A DNA stretch of 64,000 bases from Perna viridis (Eukaryota): the NCBI GenBank assembly GCA_037379345.1, contig CM074516.1:10664001-10728000 (forward strand). Direction: 5' to 3'. Positions 37,541 through 51,650 of this stretch are shown in pieces (position 1 is the stretch's first letter; every line of letters starts with the position of its first letter). Made by a program: the position numbers and the translations under genes. The notes beneath the pieces are model-generated. The model was given only the letters and a program-made list of their open reading frames with translations, made no database searches and had not been told where the DNA came from.

Positions 37541-40500
37541 AGTCATTTGAATTAGTAGAAGGTCAATGCTGATTTCCATTTCGGTGTTGGTCTGCATAAT
37601 CCGTTTTGGTAGTGAGTAACAGAAAATCTTTGCCAGGAAATTACCAAACTAAACTAGCTTTTTTTATGTTCTTTATTATTTGTTTCGATTTTTACTACAT
37701 AGATTAGGTCGAAGTTAATATTTTATTAATAGTTTCACTTCATTTATTTCGGAACTTATTTACAACTTGGTTTATGTCAATCATACCACATTTCCTTTTG
37801 TTTTTATTTTTGATCATTATATGACGTCCTTAATGACACCATCGTACAGAAATCCCTGATTGCCTTTTTACTGAATATATAAGACCCACATATTTGATAT
37901 TTTTCTCTGCTAACACACGTATTATCTCAGGTTATGACTCAGCTATATCCTTTATTGTCTGTCAGGGGTATTGATGGCTTAATAGACTAAACAGACAATT
38001 AATATAAGGTTGAATGTCTAATCTACAAAATTAATAATGATTTAAGGAAGTAAGCGACATTTCTGAATGATGTATCATAAGAAAAAAAAACAATAGAACA
38101 ATAATAAAGTTCATTATAAATCAATAGGTCTGCACACAGCGTAGATGATGTGATCGTCGATTTGGTGACGCAAAAGACAAAACCGGATTTATGACTTGAT
38201 TGATGTTACTACGAGAGTAAAAACAATCATTGTGTATTATTGTCCTTTTCTCTCTTTTTCCTTTCTCTGTCTTTTCATTTTACACTAATGAACATTGTAC
38301 ATATATATATTTGAATGTCAAATGTTTATTTATTATTACATTAAAATATATAAGTCTATTTAAATACATACTTATTTATATTTTGTAATGAATTTTGAGA
38401 TTCAGAAAAAGGAAGTATGAAGATACACTTTGAAAAGTTAAGTATAGTGTTTTATTATCTGATTTTTATGACATGGTAACGATCGTCGACGTATGTCAGT
38501 AGTGTGTCACAGAATAAATATATTCGTATTTTTATTCTTCTTTTCTTTTACAAGACAGCATGCAATATTAAAACAAAATGTACAGTCAAATATATTATCC
38601 CTTAATGTGATTGGCTGATTCTTTTTGGATTATTCGTATAAGGTCGATACCTATAACGAAAGACCTACTGTATGTTTCTATTCTCAATAACAAATTAAAT
38701 GCTGTGCATTACGAATCGAGATGTCAGTCCTGCAATGCTTATGTGTTTGGTTAACGTTTCCAGTTAAAATCATTATTTTTATTTACGCTTCTTTTCCGCG
38801 TGTCTTATCTCTACCTTTGTAATGTATATTGTTAATTTGTTTTAATATATCAGATGTATATGTTAGTTCGTTTTTTACCTTCACTTTTTACATTGTTATA
38901 GAACGATTGTCTTCTTCTCTGAATAGAGACACTAACTGCTTTCTTACCGGTTTAGAAGAAGCAAAATTTGTTTTTCTTTGTACTATAAATGACTTAATTA
39001 TATGTAACAATAACATTCAACCGTCAAGCAGTCAAGGAACTACTGTGACTTTTTTTTGGTCTATGAAATGACCTCAATCACGTGGTACAAACTCAATGAC
39101 CTGCGTTTCAAGAGTGCACTACAGGGCGATGTTACACCGACATATATAGAAGGCATTCCTTGTAATTTAATTTTATTATCAAATTCAAAGAATAAATCAT
39201 TAAAAAAGGTTGATGACGTCAGAGTCACATTGCACAATTTGCGGCTATGAGATAATGGACATTTTTTTTATCCAACCAGAAAGCAAGTTACTTCAAAAAT
39301 TCAATTATTTACATATACACTTTTAAAATTTATAACATTATCTAATTGATATTTGATAATTGTTTTTGATAAAAGAATTAACAAGGACATACCCATTTTT
39401 AATAATCTTTTTATGATACTTACCATGACTTTCATATCAATGCGTTACATGTATGGAACCCTCTTAGTGAAAAGATATCATTAATTTGATATCACTCAAA
39501 ACACATTTTCATGTTTTTCCTCGATAAGTACTTACGTCTTATATGAACAGAGCGTCTGAGACATCTTATTTTTATAGATGCTTTGACACATTCATGGCTA
39601 AAAAGTGTTTTGTTGGAAGTGACATACTACAGAATTAACGTATTCAAGTAATTGGTTGAAATTTTAACGCAGACTCACAGCGTGTGTTGAAGGAAGTTCA
39701 TATTTCCGTTGGTCGAGACATCTGTGTTATAGTGGTTCTTATCAACAAAGTCAAGTGGTATTTGAGTACAAATATATCTGTCCCTGAATGGCAAACCATA
39801 AAACCATATTAAATATAATTATTGACTGAACGCAACGAGAATCGTCCCTTCTTTCGACATGTGGGATAATTGAAATACATGATTTGGATTACGAAGTGTC
39901 CAGATTAGAAGATTTTTTTTTCTCATTCAACAAACAAGCACAACATTTGGGTATCATCATTTGTTCGATTTACGCTTCATGTACATTTTCACCATTCGTT
40001 TGATTTCAATGGTTTTAATCGTCTAATACAAAATAACATTTTTGTGAATGGATATTCTTTGAACATAATGAGGAGATCGTTCATTTTTGTGCAAAAGTCT
40101 AAAAGTGCGTTTTCAATGATCTTTTCTGTAACCCTATCCTTAAGTAATTCTTCTTGTCTATTTTCTTTCATTTCAAATTGTTTTAGCATAATAAACACTG
40201 ACATACGTAGCTTTTTCATCGAACTTTGGGCTGCTCTGTTGTTTTAGTGAGACCTATGAATGAAACTGCCTTTCGATGCTAAAGTGAAACGGGAAGCTTC
40301 ATGATTGCAGCAGGCCTTTAACCCTTGTTATTCTCACTTGCAATATGACGGGTGCCACTGGTATAGCAGCATCTGCTAACCATTTCAGAGTACGTGATGT
40401 TATTTCCGGTGGTCTTTTTGTGGGAATATCAGTTGCTTTAGATTTTGAGAGCTATGGATTTTCCAAGTATGTTTCAAAAGTTATAAGAAAATAATTAAAT

Positions 40501-41194
40501 TGACGTCTACAAGTGAATTAAATGGTTTTATTTTATTACATTTTTTTCTTTTAATAAATGATTTCCATGAAGCAAAACTCACCAAGCTTTAAACAAAATG
40601 ATACAAGGGTTGCATATATGAAACATTAGTAACACTAGATTTGTTATCAATTATAGGTCAACATGCCTACGCAGTGGGAGATCCAGGGGCCGGGGTACGG
40701 GATCGGACCCCAGTTTTGTCGGACAATATTAATTACATGCAAAATCGAGCAAATATGAACTATCAACATGCTAGAATTCGCCATATTTTTCAAAATTTAC
40801 CCGTCTGTAAAAAATAATATCATGCCAGTGTGAACCAATAGTTGTAGTATACTTTACATAGAAAAAAATCCCACTTCTATCTACGCCAACCTACTGGCAA
40901 AAACATTGTTACTCAAGAATTATTTTCGCTAGATATGCATTCGATTTAAAACATGCTTATATAAACCGCGCATACTTGAATGTAAACTTTTGGAAGTCGA
41001 ATTTATCTTTTATCAGGAAATGCCTCTCAAACTTTTCATATATTTTCACCATTGCTGCATGATTATAATGATGTCGCATGACTATATTTGAACCACATTC
41101 ATGTTATATGAACTTAATTTTGCAGCAGTAAAATTGTCACTATCTGCCGATTATCCACATTCAATCAGCAAACTGCATTATTATTACTTCGTAA

Positions 41195-41495
41195 TATCCC
41201 GCAAACAAAGATTTGGGGCATAAATAATCCCGTATTTTGTCAGTCTGTATGTCCAAGTTTGGGGGTATATAGGAATCATCATGTCTGTCTGTCTGTCTGT
41301 TCATCTGTCCTCATGTCTTGTAAACAAAATTCTAATTTAACTGTTTCACTGAAACTTCATAGAAAGGTTGGGCATTATATGCAAATGTGCATGAAGGAAT
41401 ATAGAGAATTCCAAAGGAAGATAATTGAACTAAGGAGTTATATATTCAACTTCATTTGAAGGGGATTATTTCATTGTAACCTGCTCTCAGTTTTT
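41195..41495 (+). mobile_element. Helentron-associated (HINE/DINE-1-like) non-autonomous element, decayed
   Basis: Short hairpin (cccgcaaac..tttgggg), then ggggtatataggaatca and a (GTCT)n microsatellite, a layout typical of these elements. Confidence 0.5.
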
Positions 41496-42536
41496 ATAGT
41501 CAATAGACCCTTTTGTAGTAAGATGATGAGCATGCTAATTATACACTTCCACAAGACAGGGCTTGGGTAGAACAAAAGAATTTCCCTCGTGGAAGTGTAT
41601 ATTGAGTATACTCTACGCATGCTCATTGATTTTCCACAGTTAGGACAAAATGTTAAATTTTTATGGATTAAATGATTTCAGCTGTGGTCTTTCAAGAAAC
41701 CCAAACATCATAAAATACTTGTAAAAAACTGCCGTGTGTACGTTAAATACTAATATGTTGGCACGCAAATTAAGGGGTGTATGGAGAGTCGTCGAAAAGG
41801 GGTTCCATGCTCTTTGTGTTTGGCATGTTTACACAAATTTTGCGCAAAATAAAGACAGTATTTTGGGTTTAAGAAGTTCGTAGAACCTTCTTTGAAATGT
41901 TTTTACTTACTCATGCAATTTATATCGCATAGTTCTGTTCTTTCTAAAATTATTTCTAAGTTGTTGTTGACAAATTTATTTAGTTGGTGTGATTGTGACA
42001 TTTGCAAAAAAAAAGAACACCTTTATTAATACATACTTGTATAACACTTGGATAGATATGGACAGCTTTTGTGTGAGGTATCAGTTGTATAGTAAGTAAT
42101 TTTACCGACCGGTATTAATAAAACTCTGCTCGTAGTTTTTTTCTATTAAACAAACTTAGGCAAGACGATTCAGAAATTATATGTATGGAATTCCAATTCA
42201 GAAATTCTAAATAGTATTTCCAGGAACATTTCTCATCTTCGAAAAAAAAATTTACAAACTTTTTAAACAAAATAGGACCAAGCCGTTGACCATCCCCCTT
42301 TTCGATTAAACACTTGATAATTCCAGAATATACGATGTTAGTGCCGTTTGATCAGAAATGGCCGATACGCTTTTCAGGGGTACATGTATGTCTTCCACAA
42401 AAAAAGGGAAATAGTTCAAATGTAAATGAAGAACTATTACGATGATATTTTGGCTGAATCTTGTGCGTATACCATATATGATGAACCTAATAACAACATT
42501 TATTTTTTTATGAATGAACAGTAAATAGCGAGATAT

Positions 42537-42605
42537 GAATCAAAGGAACCCAGGTTATAGTGGTAATCAAAAGAATGTAATCCAGGGACAAAGACCAGGC
42601 ATGAA
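42537..42605 (-). mobile_element. Penelope-like extreme 3' end fused to TLR copy 4
   Basis: Near-identical to 22828-22893; another short copy lies at about 35510-35550 on the + strand. Confidence 0.75.
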
Positions 42606-44222
42606 TTAAATCGTGTATCTGGCATTGATGAAAAACAAATGTTTTCAAGTCTTAGAAAATTACAAGTACTTAACATATCAAGAAATCATATTCCTGTCAA
42701 TCATGATGCTTTACAGAGAAATTCATTCGGCCAATTAAGTTCGTTACGCGTCTTAGATCTTTCATTTAATAACATTACTGGAAAAGATTTTGATAATCTT
42801 GACGAAGTATTACAGGACTTGAAGAAATTAAGATATTTGTCTTTAGATGCAGCAGAAAATGTTTCATTCGCACCAGGATTTTTGCAACTAAAACAGCTGA
42901 CATCCCTTTAATTGCAAGGGCGATGCCATGCTCATCGACTGCTATCGATTCCTGAAAATTACTTTATCAATCTTCCACAAATAAGATCTTTTGATCTTTC
43001 TTCTGTGTACACCTGGCTTACAGTTGAATACATTATTGTTCTTTCCTCGGCATTTACAGAGACGGTATTGCGCCGTTAAATCAGTTAACTGATCTTGACC
43101 TTTCCAATAATCGTGAACTCGAGTTTGTGGGTTCATATACATTACTAAAAATCTGAATGCAACTCAATTAAAAGTCTTAGAAGGCAATTGTGAAACAGGT
43201 ATGCCAATAACTGTACTTTGTGAAGATTTCAAAGACTTTCAGAACACTTCAATTAGGGAATTGCATATGGATGGTAATAACATCGTTGATCACAATCAGG
43301 AATACTTTTTTACCTGCCAAAAAGTTTGAAACGTCTGAGTATGCGTAACAATAAATTCATAGAGGTTTATAAAATTTGACATACGTAGACTTAAGTAATA
43401 TGAATTCAGATCGAGATGTTCACTCTTCTGGATACCCCTTCTTTGAACTTTTCAATACAGACATCTTAAATAACAAGAGCTATGAAACAATGTTCTCTGC
43501 CCAAAGCAAACTTGAAGTCCTAGATCTTTCATCGAACTTTATTTCTGCTCTTCGAATTAACATTTTTCACTGTCAAAACAACTCTTCGACTAAACAAAAA
43601 AACTTTCTAATTGGACAGTGAATATTTATCAAAAGAGTAAACTTCAATATCTGGTACTTTTTGATAAACAGATCTTATATATTTCAGAAACAGGTATATA
43701 TCTCATTAACCTTACAAGTGCAGATAATTTAACTATCATGTTCAAGAGAAACCCTTTTAAATGTACGTGTGCTTCTATGTTATTTTTGAAATGGCTCGTG
43801 CACAATACGAATGTACATACGGGAACCATCAACTTCAAATTCAAATCGCTGCAGTATGAAAATGCAGCAAATGCTGTTAGTGTATTAGAAAAGAATTGCG
43901 CTGATTACACAGGGTTTGTTATAATAATGTCTTGTTTAGTTATAGGTTTCATAATAGTTGTCTTTTCGGTTATTCTTTATAAATACCGATGGATAATAGG
44001 ATATTGGTATTATATAACCAAACGGCTTTGTAGCTCTGGGTATCAGCGGCAGATTAATGATGAAGAGTATAGATTTGATGCGTTTATTTCCTTAGCCGAC
44101 GAGGATAGATCGATGAGCAAAAACTTCATTGAGTATTTGAAAGACAACGAAGGATTCAAGTTATGTATTCATCACCGAGACTTTATTCCAGGCTGTGACA
44201 TAGCTGACAATATAATTAATGC
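42601..44222 (+). pseudogene. Inverted TLR copy 4 (copy-2 subfamily), truncated at both ends
   Basis: ORFs 42639-42911, 43376-43621 and 43618-44277 closely match copy 2. Homology begins within an early LRR and stops at TIR 'NIINA'. Internal ~460-bp deletion at about 43453, plus frameshifts. Confidence 0.9.
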
Positions 44223-45738
44223 AGAAGCAAAACAGACAACATACAAACATACGAAAAGAAATCGAACGTACGTTTAACACACCTTTTATAATGCAACCAT
44301 TAAAACTGACGTATCACCTGAAATTCATTTAACATAGAGAAAAGGGTCCTTACTAATATTATGAGATCATGTTTATTATATAGATAGCAGTGCTTTACCG
44401 AATACACACTGTAACTAAAATATGATCACTCGTGCTAAGAACACTTGAGGATTTAATTCATGCGTGGAACAAGTTCCACACACTCGTTAAATTTAGATGT
44501 TTTTCGGCACTCGTAATAATATTATGGTTATTCACTCTTTCCAATTAGTTATCCTATTAGTATTGTACATAAAACAAAAGACATTGCTATAAAAAGGGAA
44601 AACAATTAACCACAGTTAACATTTTAAATCTCTGATAACCTGTTGTCGGTTAGATTTATTAATTGAAGATTTACGTCCTATTGCTAATATTGCTCACATT
44701 TCAAACTGAACAACTTCTTTTTCCTGTCGGACTTTCCAACTATGAATCAACAGTTGGAAATTTATCCCATTAAGGCCCCAAGCTTATCAGTCGTTTTTAA
44801 ATTCTCTATACTTTTTTGCCGCTTGCTTTTTGGAAAATAAGTTAACACCGTTTTAAATTTCTGTTGTGACCTGACTGAGCTTCAAATCCATGATCGGCAG
44901 CACCCAAGAAGAACTTGATAAATGTAACAAGTTAACATGTTAATAAAATATATAATTAACTGCGGCAAAATATTATTCAATGCACATGCAGTTATACACA
45001 CTTTCGCTCGGTCGATAAGTCTTATCTACTTTACCCGGTACCAGCCTAACTGCTTTGAACAGGTAAAGCAAGGCGTGATTAATAGAACAGTAAAAGAGTC
45101 ATTATGTGACTACATCATTACAAACAACACTTTGTCTCAGGAATGAAAATATCAATCTTTGAGGTGTAGAGGTATTAAGTTATGAGTCGTTGCCAAAATT
45201 ATGATCGGAAAGTGACTTATGGTCATGTCTTATTGATTCAAGTCTCAAATTCAAAACTAAATATTTTAACCATTTGATTAATTTTCAGATTATATATTGA
45301 CTAAAACTACAGAAGCGTCAGCAGTGGGATAATTAAAGTACTTAAAAATCAAAACTCAAACAAAGCTTAAATGTGAACTTCTGAATCAGAGACGATGTAG
45401 CGAACCAAAAAAAAAAAAAAAAAAAATACATATAAAACTTAAGATTTTAGGCCAATGAAAATCTTTTTCGCCCTTCTTCTATAACGTGATTTATATGTAT
45501 AACATGCCTTTTAATTGTTTTTTTTTTCTTTGAGTAATTTTGTACAATTTGCTTTGGAACTATGCCGTAATGAACGTCGATCAGTCTGCACTCCACCATT
45601 TGAATAATCCTAACAAAAATATACCTTTGATACCGATTATATTCTTGGCAGCTTATAAGTCTTCATTGCTGTAAACACTTATTTGTCGAATATTTATTGT
45701 CAAAAGTTAGAAACGTTCCATAGATATGTTGTTTTTGT

Positions 45739-48392
45739 CTATTGCAGAGCATTGATCAAGGAGGCCCAAAAGGATTGTAAATCCTCATAATCATCAGGAT
45801 ACTCAATGTAGACTTCCTCACGTATAATGTTCCAAATATTACTTGGAAGCTCATTATGAGGAATTCTATCTTTGAATATTATTAACATCATATTCAATCC
45901 TTACCTTGATTCCACGTATTCAGTCAACGTCATTGGTACTTCAAAAAGGCACCACTTAGAACGAAGAAAGGCCTCTGATAAAACAAAGACCACTCTACGG
46001 CTTTGGTGAATGGCATTTATAATATTATCAGCAATATCACAGCCGGAGATGAAGTCTCGATGATGAATACATAGTTTCAATCCTTCGTTGACCTCCAGAT
46101 ATGCAATAAAGTCTTTGCTTATCATTCTGTCTTCATCGGCGTAAGAAATAAACGCATCAAATCTATATTCCTCATCACTGGCCTGCCGCTGATAGCCAGT
46201 GCTGCACTGTCGGTTGGCTATATAATACCAATATCTTATTTTCCAGCGATATTTATGAAGAATAACTGAGGTGACGAAAATTAAGAAACCTATAACTAAA
46301 CAAGACAGTATTATAACAAATCATGTGTAATCCTCACAATTCTGTTCCAATACACTTGAAGCATTTGTTGCATTTTCATACTCTTGCAATTGACATGCGT
46401 AGATAATAATTCCTGTTTGTACATGATGTACATGGTTGTACACAAGCCATTTAATGAACATCATTGAAGTACATGTGCATTGGAAAATGTTTCTCTCAAA
46501 GTTGATCGTCAAATTATTTGCACTTATTTGATTAAGAAGATCTATACTGGTTTTCAATATATACAAAATCTGGTTATCGGACAGATCTAAGTATTCAAGG
46601 TTGGTCATATGACGAATTTCAACAGCCCAATCCGAAAGTTTGTTATTGTTTAATCGCAGAATCCGAAGATATTTTTGGTTTTGAAAAATATTGGAACGAA
46701 CACCTGATAAAGCATTTGATGAAAGATCCAGGACGTCTAGTTTAGTTTGAACAGAAAATATAGTTTCATAAGACCTATTACTTAAAATGTCTTTGTTCCC
46801 AATGAAGTTGCCACCAAGCATCAAAGTTCGTAGAGATTCCATGTCAGCAAAAACGTGATTTGACCATTTTGAGCAATGGTTATTTAACAAATCAAGATTT
46901 GAAACAAATTAGTCCTGTTATCGAATATAACTCGTCGTTGCTAAGAATTAATGAGTGTACGCTGTCAGATGAAAATATTGTGTAATCCAAGGAATAGCCT
47001 ACATGTGAGTTATTCAAAACGATATGTTTTAAATTTGGAGTAATGGCAATATATTCATACGGTTCGTTTGGATTAATTACAATTTGACAAATCGGATTGC
47101 CTGATGCTACTATCGGTCTCCTTGAATTAAAATTAGGCAGACTCGAGGAACAGTCAGGTGTGCATGAAGTCCATTTTATAGGAGAGTCGTTGGCACCGGC
47201 GCTTTTAACTCTTTCCATGAAACAGAAAACACTTCTTTTGAATAATTCACGAAAAGGGTATCCTGAAAATTGTACATTTGGGTTTGTATTCATATTACCC
47301 AAGTCTATATGTGTTAAATTTGACAGATGTTCTATATTACAGTAAGTATATCTAGCCTCAATGAATTTATTATTCCTCATACTAAAAAAATTTAAACTTT
47401 TCGGCAGAAAAAAAGTAGTCCGGATTGTGCATCAACTATGTTATTACCGTCCATATACAACTCAGTGATGGAAGTGTTCTGTAAACTTTTAATATCTTCA
47501 CAAAGAACAGTTATAGGTATTCCTGTTTCATAATTCAGGTTATTGGCTTTTAAAGTCTTTATTTTTGTAAAAGGTAGGTCCTTTGTTATGTTAACAAATC
47601 CACAAAACCCAAGTTCTCGGTTATAAGACACATCAGAGTAAATTAAATGGTTCAATTGAGCAACAGCTTTTCTGTAAATATTTAGGAACGAACAGTAATA
47701 AGACACTTGTATCCAATTATGCGTAGATGAAAGATCAAGATATCTGATTTGTCTAAGATTCATAAAGTAGTTCTCTGCAATTGTTAGCAGTCTGTGAGTA
47801 TGACATCTTCCTTGCTATTTTAAATATAATACGTTTTTCAGTTCGGAAAAGCCTGGCCCAAACGTAACATTAATTGCAGCGTCTAATGGGAGATTTGTAA
47901 GTTCTGTCAAAGATTCTAACATCTTGTCCAGATCATCAAATGCTTCCCCAGTTATGACATTAAAAAAACGGTCTAAAACTCTAAACGAACGTAACTGGCT
48001 AAATGAATCTGCTCTGAAACTTCGTTCGAGCGGAATATTATTCCTCGATATATTAAGTACCTGTAATCTTGTTAAAATTGCAAATAGATGTGTTCTTTTG
48101 TCTGCAAACGTCCGATTTAATGAATTTCCTGAAATATCCATTATCTTTAACATTCCTGGTGACTCGAGACTATTTGGTGATGGAAAATCATTGAGATTGT
48201 TAAAACTTAGGTTAACTAAGGAAACATTATTGTAAAAAGGGGGACTTTGGGTTAAGTTTTATAATCAGCAAGCCAACCATCGCCGTGATATTGGCATACA
48301 CAACTTCTTTTAGATGAACAGTAATGCAGTAAACATCCACAATACTCTAGTACAGCGCAAAATGATACAACTAATTCCATTGTTAATTTCAT
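45739..48392 (-). pseudogene. Toll-like receptor copy 5, full-length pseudogene
   Basis: ATG at 48392; ORF pieces 48252-48482, 47815-48153, 47392-47763, 46892-47380, 46321-46890 and 45901-46125; terminal ..LINALQ* at 45739-45741. Nonsense codons near 47815 (TAG), 46322 (TGA) and 45901 (TAA), plus frameshifts. Confidence 0.92.
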
Positions 48393-50049
48393 GGTATTCT
48401 CACCTACCTGAAACTGAAATAAGTTTACAAGAAATTCAAAAAGAACAGTAAATATTTTCTTTTTGGTTGAGGTACACTTCATTTTTCTGGCATTATCGAT
48501 TTTTTTTCAGAATGCGATTAAATTAAAGGAATGACAAAAGCTGGAAGTAATAAAGGCCAATAAATACAGCTTATTTTTATTTTGCATACATTATATTTTT
48601 CACCTTTTTCTAATGGAAAACTTTCTACCCTAATTTTACTAAAAATACTCTAATCGATTTTAAATATTTATGATCAGATTATATTTAGCTGGACAATTAA
48701 GAAGGTGACATAAGAAATTAAAACTGTTTGACCGATTAGGTTATTGGCTGTCTGCTGACCAAGCAGACAATGCTACAGTTTTATACAAGGTGGAATAATG
48801 CCTATATCAACCAAACTGAGTTTAATATTAATGTTTATTTGCATTGCTTCGTGAAGTGCTATTTATATAACATGACAAGGTCAATGGAACAATGAATAAG
48901 ATACGGTTTTGAATACTACAGAGATGTATATTAAAACAAATTCAAACATTTCTAATATAAAAAATGTGGAGAAACATTTATTTGTATTTAGGGTGAGTCA
49001 TATTCATGTTAAAAACTTAGCCCGTCCTATGTTATTATGATTTCTTTGTACAATACAAAGTTAATTGTTATCTTCAAATTGGACTAGGAAGTACAAGACA
49101 AGTACTTTAATATTATTAGATTAAATAAAATCACAGGGGGTTGGCATTATGATATATTCATATGAATAACATTCTGCGTAGGACTTTATTATTTCACAAA
49201 TAAGAAATGTTTCTTAAAAGAAAAACATTATCGAACCTTCTTTGCTGCGTTTATTTTCCACTGTTATTAAGCTGTTTGTCAATAATGACTTAAAAAGATC
49301 CCCCTCAATTACAAAATAAGACCCCCATACTACAGTCTATTTTTATTTTTGTACCCTTAAATTACATTGGCCAATGATGCACTATAGGTTTGCTAAGCCT
49401 GGGGACCAACAAGGCTTATACAATTATAGTCTATATTTTAAACACATAGCCCCATTGTTTTAAGCTGCAAATAAAATCTGAAAAAACATACATCCGTTGT
49501 AACTGAGATATTTGTGCTGATAATTTACTCTCACATATCATTTAGTGAAAAAAGCCAAAGACCAATGATTTGCGACGGACGGACGAGGCGATTCCTATAT
49601 ACCACACACTCGTTGAGAAGAAATAATGATCAATGGAATCAACATTATAGCGGAAATCTATCGATAGATAAATACCAGACAGACAGACACAACAAATTTC
49701 AGGAAATAACAAAAATAAAACATACAAAGAAACTCAACTTAAAACTGCGATCGCAAAGCAATTATACAATTTATGAACTTACTTTCCTAAATTTCACAGG
49801 AGTAAGAGTATAATCTATTGTTTGCAGAAAAAGACAACATGTCTATTTAAAGCCTGCGAAATTTCTCACAAACAATATTTCCATACTTGTGCATTGTCCT
49901 GTGTTGAGTATTTATTTGCTAGCATTCTAAATATTAATTTCGAACATTGCATAATTCATATAAAACTTTAAAAGTGATTTAGATGTACTCAATTGGAACA
50001 ACAACAAAAAACAGGTTTTCGAATGAGATGATACATATCATTATTATTA

Positions 50050-50230
50050 TACATTTATATGTGTCTATCTCATACTATTAATTCGTATATATTTATAGTT
50101 TATATATGTCTATCTCATACTAGTAATTCGTACACATTTATAGTTCACATGTGTCTATCTCATACTAGTAATTCGTATACATTTATAGTTTATATGTGTC
50201 TTTGTCATACTTTTCACATTAGTAATTCGT
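50050..50230 (+). repeat. 45-bp minisatellite, about 4 copies
   Basis: gtctatctcatact-like motif recurs at 50063, 50108, 50153 and 50198. Confidence 0.9.
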
Positions 50231-51650
50231 TTCTATTATTTTTTATGTTGATATCAGTTTTCCATTTTTTTTGGTCACATTTTTCACTGGTTCTTTATGC
50301 AATATTATAGATCTCAAGGTGTTTCTTCATGTGTAATTGAAGCTGAGAGATCCAAAATTTATTTTTTTAAGACCACTTTTATATATCAAAGTTTCATATG
50401 ATTTTTATATTAGGTTAACTTAAACAGATGCGTCCATCATTATATACTAAGTGTTTAGTAGATACACTTGTTTTCAAGACATAATTGAAAGTTGTGTGAC
50501 TTACCTTTACGATAGAACATCAAAAACGCATTTGTACATCTATCATAAAAAAATCTTTTCACTTACATGAAATTGAAAAGGAACAGAAAAAGGATTAACA
50601 TATACTGATTTTTACGAATTCGGAGAAAATGACGTTTGATCTAAAAACGTATTTGACTTAAGCTGGGGTTCGTACTGTATACAGTCAAAGGAAAACATGC
50701 TCTTTAATGTCAATAATTGTTCAACTTTGATTCGCTTACTATAGGCTTTACTCGAACAAAGAATAAAATAGGTATGTACACATACGTGTAACAGTGCTGT
50801 TGCAGAGCGCTTTATTGCAAAATATTAGACATCGTAACCTAAAAACAGAAAGACATATACAAGTACTATCAGAAGTGCTATGATGCAATGAATGGACAGT
50901 GACACAACAAACTTAACAAAAACCAATAAACAAAAGTCCATGGTTGAGTTCTCTATTGGATGGTCAGGTGCATGAAAGTAATTTTTTGTCTGTTTTAAAT
51001 TAAAGGATTGATCGGGTGTTTTTAACCTAATTTACCAAAAAAAAATTAGAAACATAATAAAAATTTCTTACATCAAAGCATTATAACGAATTAATTTATC
51101 ACCTAAACAATGACTTTCTACGTGATATTCAGGCATCAAGAACAATACTTCAATATTATAATATAAAAAAAAAGTTTTTAGAGGTAAAATTGAAAATTTT
51201 AATATTTTAAACATAAATTCAATAATATTTAATTAATTTTAGTTAATGACATATTTAACGTATGTTTATGTTCAACATTAGAATCAGAATTTACTATGTT
51301 TTAACAATATCAAAAGTCTACAAATTATCAAAATATTAATACATATTTACAACTAATTCCTGTAAAGTGACAAAAATGCTCATTAAAATCTCATAATACA
51401 TATTAGACCTAGTTAACAAAATATTCAATTTTGACTTGCTAACATTTGGCTTCACTTTAACAAAAATATGTTTTAAAATAATATTACAATGATCAACTGT
51501 AACTTAAGTATGTACACATACTTCTGACAGTGCTGTCGCGGATATTATTATGGCTGAAAACTAGGTGTAAGATATAAGAATAATAGTTATAGATAGGCAT
51601 TGCAAATACACATTTGTACATACTTGTACTATCCAAACTACATCGACACA

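Noticed and set aside
50050-50230. Periodic repeat considered as a CRISPR array or repeat protein (ORF 50059-50310)
   Set aside because: Head-to-tail 45-bp minisatellite with no unique spacers, in a eukaryotic context.
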